Source: Rhynchobatus australiae (taxonomy: Eukaryota). From it: a stretch of 64,000 bases of DNA. Below, in pieces: positions 13,141 to 23,100 of the stretch. Below the pieces are notes generated by a model. That model was given only the letters and a program-made list of their open reading frames with translations. It had not been told where the DNA came from and ran no database searches. Made by a program: the position numbers and the translations under genes. How positions within the stretch are numbered: the stretch's first letter is position 1; each line of letters starts with the position of its first letter. The stretch covers positions 95,934,596 through 95,998,595 of the forward strand of contig JAUZTB010000076.1 in NCBI GenBank assembly GCA_034780895.1, written 5' to 3'.

Positions 13141-13195
13141 ATGTCTCGCCGCAAGCAGGGCAACCCTCAGCACTTGAGCAAACGGGAATTTTCAC
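13141..13195 (+). CDS. BCL11A: BCL11A coding exon 1 (MSRRKQGNPQHLSKREFS + 1 nt), NuRD-interacting N-terminal motif
   Basis: ATG at 13141, 55 nt, followed by a GTAAGT donor at 13196 (phase 1). The MSRRKQxxPQHL motif is diagnostic of BCL11 proteins. Too short to appear in the ORF track. Confidence 0.97.
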
Positions 13196-13317
13196 GTAAG
13201 TATCTTTAGATTTTTTTGTTGTTCTTGCACTTTTCTCTATAATTTTTTTTAAAAAGAAAAGAAAAAGAAGAAGGGGGGAAAAAGCTGGTAGTTTGCCCGT
13301 GTGAAAGTAAAGAGTGA

Positions 13318-13350
13318 GAGGAGGAGGAGGAGGAGGAGGAGGAGGAGGAG
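13318..13350 (+). repeat. (GAG/GGA)n trinucleotide repeat in intron 1
   Basis: About 11 perfect units. Confidence 0.95.
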
Positions 13351-13379
13351 GGGTGGGGGGGGAAACAAGAGTTAATGAC

Positions 13380-14600
13380 TGGAGGAGTGCATGGGAGCGC
13401 TGGAGGCTTGACAGCGGGCGGCCGGAGTGGAGGGAGCGCGGAGACATGCGAGGGGCAAGCGGGGGAGAGAGGGGGGTGAGGGGGGCGGCCGGGCAGGGGG
13501 AGCGGCGAGCGGGGCGAGCTTGGCGCCGAGCCGGGCGAGCGGGCGTCCGGCCGGCCAGCCGGGTCACACTTGCCCCCTTCTCCAGAAGTGCAGGCAGTAG
13601 GGGTGGGGGGAGAGAGAGAGTTTGCGATCAGCCCCGGCGTTAATGCCCCCATCCCTCCGGCACGCAAGTGAATTTGCACCGGTTATCCCCGAAGGGCAGC
13701 CGATCACCGCGCTGTCGGACGCTGCCGCCTTGTTGTCCCCCCCCCCCAACTCTCTCTCTCTCTCTCTCTCCCTCCTCTCCAAACCCCCCTCCTCCTCTCT
13801 ACCTTCACCCTCTCCTGAGCCGGCTGCAGTCGCCGCACTTTCTCGTGGCCCCTAACTTTAGTTGCCGCTGCAACTTTCGATTCCTTCCTCGCAGTTGTTT
13901 TTTTGGAAGATATTCAAAAAAAAAAGCTGGAACTTGCTTGTGATTGGGAAAAATCTCGTGCTGAATGTTTACAACGAGCTGCGGCTCCGCGTGTGCGGAA
14001 CCTCCTGCACAACCCAGCTCCCGTGCGCTGTGGCCGGCGCCGCTCCCGCCGCCGATCGCAACCCCCCGCCCGATAAATAGCATTATTATGAATAATAATC
14101 GGCAAACTCAGCCCAAATGTTTAACCCTTGGAGTTAATGCAACTCCAGAGAGTCGGCACGGTACTTTCAGACACTCGGGGCTGAGCGCACGTGCCTTTGA
14201 GCCGATCTTCAGCCCCCCTCCCCAGGTTGCGGAGTCCGCAGTCTCCACTGCCGCCTGGTCTGGAGATCGCCGCTCTGGGTGGGGAACCTCCCGCGTTTCC
14301 AAGTACTCTGCCTCCCGCCCACCCTCTCTTTCTCTCCCCCCCCCCCCCACAAACTCCCTGAAAATTGTTCATCAGTTTTCCTGGGAAAAGGGAGTTTAGC
14401 CTCTCATGTCTGCGTGTGTGTAGATGACACTCCCGATGCATTTTATTTTTTTTGGTGGGGGGGGGGAACCCCGTTAGTTTCTCACCAGAAACCGAAGTGT
14501 TTGTTGCGTTGGCGACACTCGGCTTACGGGGCTTCCAGTTACCCTCACTGGAAGGAGACGGGTCGGCTTTGCGCGCTGGACGCCAACAACCTGGCGAATA
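13380..14600. promoter_or_regulatory. GC-rich CpG island core in BCL11A intron 1
   Basis: Very high GC and CpG density (e.g. 13410-13565, 13980-14075) with multiple GGGCGG-like motifs. Confidence 0.85.
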
Positions 14601-17600
14601 TAATGTAACCAATTCAAAAGGAGGAGTTTGCTTTACGTTCACAACCCCTTCTTGTTAAACGAAACAATAGTTGTAGAAAAAGTGCATTTATTTCTGATAA
14701 GCGAGGAGATGGAAGCTAACGGCGGTCTCATCGTAATAGTAAAAATGCCGGGCTTTCAGGTTCCTGTATATTTCTGTGTCAAGTCAGTGCTGGATTGTGT
14801 AAGTGCAGAGTATTGGCACAGTGGTTGGAGGGAGAGAGATGTGTCAAGTTGTTTAATGGTGAGAGCAGGGAGGGGGTCGATGAAGTCGGTTTATGTCGCT
14901 AGGAGGCAGAATAACATAAAGAACAAGTCCACGCAAGGCTGCAGCCTGCACAAACTTCAACACCGTTTCTTAACAACTGTACTGGTTTCTCCTCTCTCAC
15001 ACTCACCCCATCCAAAAAAAAAAGAAATCGAAACTCTTCACCCGCACCCCCCCAAAAAAAAATCCCTCTCCGCTTCAGTGACCGTTTCCTATCTGATGGT
15101 ATTTCAGGTAAAAGAATCTTTTGAAGCTAAACTGCATGAGGGCTCGGCGCACTGAGATAAACTGGCCGGAACTTCACCGTGTGTTAAAATCGATGACTGA
15201 ATAAAAACACCATCAGTTATTTTTTTTAAACAACTCTGAATACGGCTTTCCCTTTGTAGTACCCCATCTCGTCCAGTTAGAAACCCGGATCAAAAGAAAA
15301 GCAGTTGTTTTCTTAAATACAATTGCTGATATAAAACGGTTCAGTTTGCAGCGTGAATCTTTTGCTATGATGCACGTGTGCGGAGTGTGGTGTTCGTTGA
15401 TGGTTTTATTATTGCGGAAAAGGCTTTGAAACAGAACACAAGCCCGAAACAATGAGGGTGACTGAAGCTTCGGCGAGCAAGTGTTAGTTTGTCAAGACCG
15501 ACTCGTCGCTCGGTCTGCCTTGCTTTCTCGCGCCCACCGTTGCACAGATTTCACCCTGCACTCTGCATCGTTCGTAACTTTTCATTGTCATCCGTAAACC
15601 TTTTCGACTCAACACTTCCCAATAGTTTTGCAAAATGATATTTGTATAAAAATCAGACGATGCTTCCCACAATATTGTTGGAGATTCGCCCAAAGGTGGT
15701 GCGGAAGCTTTTACTCAGATAGAGAAAAAAATACATCGTGATGTTGTTTGAATAGATTTTGACAGCTTAAACTCGAGATAGCGTTGGCGAGACAACAATA
15801 TGTAAATATTTTTTTTAAAAAGAAGCTTGCAGTTTCATTGGAAACTGAATGTGAAGGTGCTTAAATCGTTTGTTTCCAGAGTATGTGAGTGTCTGAATTG
15901 TACTGTGCGATTCTGCATTACTCTCAGTAATAATGATTACGAAATATCAAAAGCAGATTTCAACCTGTTTGTTATCATATAGAAATAAAATATTTGTTCT
16001 CGCGATTTGAAACGGTGTAATTTCGATTTTCATATTGTCAAGAAGGATATACCATTTCTCATTGAAAACTACCTCAAAGCCCAAGATCAACCTCCTAGGA
16101 CTGACAGTATCAGCCTAGTAGGTAGCAATGACAAATCTTCATATGCATAAAGCCGGACTCATAAGTGCTGAAGTATGGAATTATAATATTTTGCTGCAAT
16201 AAAGATATTAATTTGATGAAAGGAAAGCTCATGGATGAAGCAGGAACTGTATATAGATATAAAAACATCTTATTGCTTAATATGAATATGTATTGCTGTT
16301 TCAAATCCAATGGAAAAATCATAGGGCTAATTGTCTGGGTTACAATGCTCATTCGATAATTATATTTTTAAAATCAGGATATTATTTTTCCAGCTTGTTA
16401 TGTTTATTTTTATGAGGACATACCCTCACCTTCGTTTCCATGCAAAAGACAATGAAAAAGAAATTCCCATTCAAAATGGATCAGTAATGGATCATGAAAA
16501 AATCTAGAGGATAACTGAAATAATTATGCATCATCTTGTTCCCATTCCTGAGCAGTTTTTGTTTTCAAAAGCTTAAAAATCAAGTTTGCAAGATACTGTC
16601 ATAGTTATACAGTTTTTTTTTACTCAAGTGTTAGTGAAAATTCTGTTCAATTGTCTTGATGCTTTTAAATTAAATCAAATTACCAGTGGAGATGGATTTG
16701 CACTTTTTAATGCAAATGTTTTATCTTAATGATGTATTTAGCTGCCTTGCAATGCAGATTGTGTGTTTGATTAACTTATAATTTTCTAAACAGCAGATGC
16801 TTTTAATGTCAAAGTTGGTTACCAGGTGTATGGAAGTAGGTGAGGTGTATTCACATTTAAATTAATAAGTTATCCTGAAATGTATGCTGTAAGCTGATTG
16901 TCTCTTTCATTACCAGAAAACAAACTTAGCTTGCAGAGATCAGAATCGTAGAGATATAAACTTCAGAAGTCTATAATGTAGGTCTAAAATGGATATGTGA
17001 TTCTTTGCGGCTTTGTGTAATTAAAACCAATTTGTTGGCATTCTGTGAAAAGGGGTTACGATATGTTACAGACGAAGGGCAACCCTTTCAATGTTATTAA
17101 CGTTTATGGTAAAATAATATAATAATGCTTGTGCTAAGTGCAGACAAAATGGCTATTTGGGTTCTGATAGGGAGCATTTAACAAAAGCAGTGAGGGAGGA
17201 AAGAGCTTCCATCACAAAGGACATCCTAAGTATGGGTATGTGGAGCCGTGCAATGTAAAGCAGCCAGCTGTTTCATGTGGGTACCAGAACTGACATAATC
17301 AAGCCAATTCCTCAGCACCAACCAAACCACATTATTTCTCAGACTTTTTTTCTTAAAATGAAAAATTTATTTTGATGAAGAAAATTGACCTGAAATGACT
17401 TGCTGTACTTCCATTGTAATTTAAATTACCAGCACTTCCTAAAGCAGTCAGTTCATTTATTGCGAAATCTGGTTAAATTTACTCTGTATTTTTGGTGTGT
17501 TTTTGCTTCTGTGGAAGAAACGAATTCATTTGAAATTGAATTACGCCGTTTTGAAAATTTAGTGCTTTTGTCCATTTATTGCTGTGGTGAGATAAATTTC

Positions 17601-17810
17601 TGAGATGTTTACAATTAAAAAGAACAGTTACCCTCTTGCTCTAAACACTCTCTCCCTCCAACTCAATCTCTCATGTCAACTGTATCGCTTACTATGGGGA
17701 GGGGGGGGGGAAGNNNNNNNNNNCCCCCGGGTGGAGTTAAATCAATTTGCTGAGAAGAATCACCTGATTTTCATTATTTTTGCTCTCCTGTTTGTGTTCC
17801 TCTGCTGTAG

Positions 17811-18143
17811 CTGATTCCCTCGAAGCCATTCTCACGGATGAAGAAGAGGAACATGGCACCTTGGGAGCTCCTGAGGGTGACCACGACCTCCTTACCTGTG
17901 GCCAGTGTCAGATGAATTTCCCACTGGGGGACATTCTAATGTTTATTGAGCACAAAAGGAAGCAATGCAATGGCGGCCTCTGTCTGGACAAAGCTGTGGA
18001 TAAGCCACCGTCGCCTTCTCCCAGTGAACTCAAAAAGGCATCCACACCTGTTGAGGTTGGCATCCAGGTCACACCAGACGATGACGATTGTCTCTCTACA
18101 TCATCCAAGGGAGTTTGCCCCAAACAGGAAAGCACAGCAACAG
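17811..18143 (+). CDS. BCL11A: BCL11A coding exon 2 (C2HC zinc finger ZnF0)
   Basis: Polypyrimidine tract plus TAG acceptor ending at 17810; donor G|GTAAAA at 18144; 333 nt, phase 1-1. Joins exon 1 in frame to give [10 protein letters not shown]...[35 protein letters not shown]...[27 protein letters not shown], which is BCL11A-type rather than BCL11B-type. Confidence 0.97.
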
Positions 18144-18554
18144 GTAAAAAAAAGCAAACAAAATGCTCCACCTTACACAAACAGAAACAAGCAGGGAAAA
18201 GAAAAACACATGCCTCGTTGTATACTTTTTATTTATTTTTCTTGCTTTAATCAAACTGCTGCTGCTAGCCCTGAGTCTATATCAGCTGTCAGCATTTGCA
18301 CTGTAATTAAACACGGCCCCATGGCAAAGTGACATGGGTGACCGTGACTTTAAGATGCCATTTATACCAGCCAGGCCAGAGTTAAGAGGGCAGTTACTGA
18401 AGCGCTTAGACATGCTTATTCGAAAGTTTAAGGGCATGTTGGAAATTTCAAAGGTTGGTTTGACAGGAAAGGCCACTCGATGCACCATGTCTCCTCAGTG
18501 GAATGATAAATGGCTCTCATACTCTCTCTGTTCCTGACGCGGTTCTGACAGATG

Positions 18555-20135
18555 GATTTTTCTTTTTCTTTTTGTTTTTGTTTCCTCTGCAACATTTCAC
18601 TCTCTCGGACCTTTTCTCCCTCTCGGCCTTGTGCTCTCCCTTTTATGCTGTCTGTCTCGTGCACATTCCCTCTGCCTTTCTCTCTTTTTCTTGGCATGTG
18701 CTATCTCTTTCTGTCTGCCTGTTTGTCTCTTGCACACTCTCTCTCATGCTTTCTGTCTTTCTCTTGTCTTCGCTCTTCTCTCCCTCCAACTCAATCTCTG
18801 AGTCTCTCTAACCCTCTCTTGCACTCTCTCGAGCATGTGCTCTCTCTTCTTGCCCTCCCTCACTTGTGTGTACTCTCTCCCTCACACATTGGTGTTCTCC
18901 CTCTCTCACCATCATCCCTCTCTCTCAACTTTGTCAACTTGCACCAGCTCTCTCTTCTCCACACTGACTCTCTTGATCATGTGTGCCACCTCTTTCCCTG
19001 GTGCACCTCCTTTCTCTCTCCTTGTCGTGCAGACTCTCTCTGTCTCTGTCTTTCTCTCGCTCTCTGTCTGTCTCTCTCCCCCAGCTCTCTTTCTCACTTT
19101 CTCTCACTTTACTCACCCTCTACCTGGCACACACACCCCCCCTCTTTTCCACGGTGCACTCTCCCCATCACTCTCTCGCTCTCTCGCGCACCCTCACATG
19201 CTCTCTCAAGCATGTGTTCACTCTTTCTCTGACACACACTCTCTACCTCTCTTCAGGTTACATGCTCTTTCTCTTTCTCTCTCATACATGTGCTCTCTCT
19301 GTCTGCTGCACACTCTCTTTTCCCGGTCAGTGTGTGTCTGTTCTCACTCTAGCTCGCGCTCTTGTTCACGCGTGTGCTTAGCATGTGCTCCCTCTCTTGC
19401 ATGCATTCTGCTGTCCTCCCACGCTCGTTGTCTTATGTGTGCTCTGGTCACTCACTCTCATGCCCTCCCTCACTCTCTCATCCTACCTCATGCTCTCACC
19501 CTCCTTTGCGCCCGCCCTCTCTTGCCCTCTCTCATGCTTTTGCTCTCTTTTTCTTGCACTCACTCTCTTTTTTAGTGTACGCTCTCTCACTTTATCTCAC
19601 ACTCGTTCTCTCTTTCCCTCACACTCTCTTGTGCTCTCATGCATGCTCTTGTGCGTGCCTTCCCGCTCTCACCTTCTCTGTCCCTCTCACAGGTGCACAC
19701 CTGTACGTCTACCTCTTCCTCTGCCTCTCACTCCATTGCTCAATTAGGTTCTTGTACACATGCAAGTGCTATTGCATGCATACCCCTTCTCGGTCATTCT
19801 CCTGGACCAGTTTCTCTCCTTGTGCTGCTCTTTCCTATGTGCTCGTGCGGTCCCTCACTGCTCTTGGCTGCTTCCCCTTGTGTATTCCTTTTCTCTGACG
19901 GATGTTCAGCTCTGTGTTACCTCTCCCCTGTGTGTGCCTGTCCATCTCTCACATTCTCCAGCCCCACTCTGTGTCTTTTTCTTGCTGGCATGCACTCCCC
20001 TTCCTTCGTTCTCTTTCACTCTTCAAACACTCTGCCTCTTATTATTAAGTACATTCCACCTCCTTTTCTCTCCCTTGTCCTGCCCCGTTCCCAGGTCCTT
20101 GCACAACCTCACACAGTCTTTCTCATATCCTCTTG
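18555..20135 (+). repeat. 1.6 kb degenerate (CT)-rich low-complexity tract
   Basis: Continuous pyrimidine-rich + strand made of short CT runs broken by TG/CA; produces many spurious Leu/Ser-rich ORFs. Confidence 0.9.
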
Positions 20136-23100
20136 AGAAATTATGTCAAATCTTGATTCACTTGTTTTCTTTGAGTCAATACAGAAATTTGATAGCATTC
20201 TTTCTTCTCTTTATATTACTTTGTGTCTCTTTAATTATTTTTGTTTATTTGTTTGGTGGCTTGTTAAAATATTGAGAGTGAAAATACCAAAGAAAATTTA
20301 AAGGCTTTTGATATATGTGTCAATTATGACTATATTTTGTTCTTATGTTCATTTATATCTCTGATTTGAAATAACTAAATCTTCAGAAATCCTTTTTGCA
20401 AGCAGTTTGTGATGATAGAAAATAATAGTTGTGTTCTATTCTAGGTCAGCTCCACGTTTAATGTCAGAGTTGTGATGTTAGGTTTTTTTTAATGAAAATG
20501 TTGTTATTTGAGAGAAAGTTTGCTGGTTAATTCTAATTGTGTGGTTTATTTTCTGATGAACCAGAGTCCTGGTTCAAAAACTTATTTCTCAACTTAAACA
20601 AAATCTTAAGACTGTGTGCATATTAATTTGCTAATTTTCAAAGCTGAATGTAGCCTATTTTTTTGCNNNNNNNNNNNNNNGGGTGATATTGCCTGCCCAA
20701 AATAAAACAAAATGAAAAGTGAATTGCAGATTATGTTTACTTAATAATAGCCAATTATATAGGAAGATACCCAGCACATACCAGAGAAAATGCTTTTAGT
20801 TAGGCTGAAAATTTTCTTACAATTGGCTGCTTTATTTCATAGCTTAGATAAATTATGTTTTTATCTTTTACTGTGAAGGTTAGTATGTTGCATTATTATT
20901 ACTATAAAAGTGAAGCTGCTATTTTCTTTTGAGAAGTGGGTTAGAGATACTTTGAGGGGACAAATAACGCAGTGACCATTTACATGTGCTGCCTCAGATG
21001 TGAAGGAAAATGAACACAAATACAGGGCATGATTAATGAATCAAGAGCATGGCGGAAGGGGCTTCTAGCCTTTAGAGACAGAAAAAGCCATGTTAAATCA
21101 CCAAATATGGACTATTGTTAGAGTGATGCAACCTCCTATTTACATATTGAGGAAAGCAGATCAAAAGACATACCACACAGCAACCGTCAAACAAATGTGA
21201 TCCAGATTGCATCGAGCAAAACCTGAAAGCCAGCAGAGTACACAGTAGCTTTGCATGCATTGGACAGCAGGCACACAAACCTGCACTTGTACAGCAGGCA
21301 TTTAAGATTCCTAAATGCAGTGTATGAGCCACTGTATCTACTTGAAAACAAAAAGATGAGCAATGTTGTCCATTCAAGACCATTTTCAGAGTAAAATGAT
21401 AAATATTCTGTAAAGCTTTTATCAATATTATCATTATTTTACAACATTGAATATTTAATTACTTTTAACACCAAACATTACAGATGTGCCCTTTAATACA
21501 CTGCATTTTACAAACTTTGCAATGTGATTGCATACATACTTCCCAGCACCCCCTGCCCTGTCACTTCCTCACTTGCAGTGGTTGGAAAAGTTTGAACTGT
21601 TTCTCCTGACAAATTTGTTGTAATTTCACAGCACACGTTCACAAAGTATGTATTGAAGAGGGTTCCTGAGAAATTGTTGAAATTCTAGTCAACGTAGTCA
21701 TTATCCCCTTACAAAATATTGTGAAGGAGATAAATATTGCAGTGCAGCCATGAGCTTCTCATTACATTGAACAGACTGATCATTAAAAGTTTTATTTATC
21801 GCCTATTTTGATGGTGCTGAGCTTTTAAGTGTACACCTTAAGACAGAGGAAATAAGTAGGTTTTTTTTCGTTACTTCAATTTATTTGAAAATGGTTTGTG
21901 GATTCCTTTAATTAGATAATGTTTAGGTGAAAGCTTTATGTAACTGTAGTTTTTCAAGAAGTAGAAGCAAGGCCAGTATCGTAATGTGGTGGCTGTTTAC
22001 TGATGCCAACCTAGCCAGGGCGCCTGCACTGTGTTCCCTTTGTGATAAATNNNNNNNNNNNNNNNNNNNNNNNNNNNNNNNNNNNNNNNNNNNNNNNNNN
22101 NNNNNNNNNNNNNNNNNNNNNNNNNNNNNNNNNNNNNNNNNNNNNNNNNNNNNNNNNNNNNNNNNNNNNNNNNNNNNNNNNNNNNNNNNNNNNNNNNNNN
22201 NNNNNNNNNNNNNNNNNNNNNNNNNNNNNNNNNNNNNNNNNNNNNNNNNNNNNNNNNNNNNNNNNNNNNNNNNNNNNNNNNNNNNNNNNNNNNNNNNNNN
22301 NNNNNNNNNNNNNNNNNNNNNNNNNNNNNNNNNNNNNNNNNNNNNNNNNNNNNNNNNNNNNNNNNNNNNNNNNNNNNNNNNNNNNNNNNNNNNNCCCCAA
22401 GCAAATATTGATTAGGCACCAGTGTCTTAATATGTTCCTATTCAGTGTCTGAAAAGCACCTTGGCACTAGAAAGAGCAAGGTGCAGAGTGGAAAGAGGTC
22501 AACGCAGATCCCAGCAGGATTTTAGTGTTCTTCATTTGCCTTTACAATCAGAGCTCAATTACCAAGCCTGAGTGTGGCCCTCAGGTGTAAGCTCAGATGG
22601 GATCATGTAAATGTCCTGTGAGATGCCATGCTGTAATATTAATGTTATTCATGAGTGCACTGTAATATTGCGCTAGGCTAGAGATGGCAGCTCTGGGCAT
22701 GGCACCTTTTGGGAAATGGGCACAGACCTTTTTAAACAAATGAAAATTCTTCTAAAGAGTTTCGCTGTTACGTGGCGAATATTAACTAATGACAAGTGAA
22801 TTTTACAATTGGCAGGACATTGCCAGTTTTTTTCCCACTAAAATGAAAGTTGTCAGTTATGTCTCTTACTTTGGTGTCTACATTTATATTTGAGCAGTTA
22901 GTTCTTTTCCTTTAAAATACATCAGTTAAATCACATTTTANNNNNNNNNNNNNNNNNNNNNNNNNNNNNNNNNNNNNNNNNNNNNTGTCATGTGTTTTGG
23001 CTAGCAAATATGATGCCAGTTAGTTGGGGCTAATTCAGTGTGATGTTAACACAATGTGCACGTTTCTGAATGCACTTTAAATGGGATGTTAGGCCATTTT

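Noticed and set aside
13067-14642. Long Pro/Arg/Gly-rich ORFs on both strands
   Set aside because: Expected in a GC-rich CpG island; no recognisable domain.
18503-20275. Many overlapping 100-250 aa Leu/Ser/Cys-rich ORFs
   Set aside because: Artefacts of a stop-poor CT-rich low-complexity tract, open in all frames.
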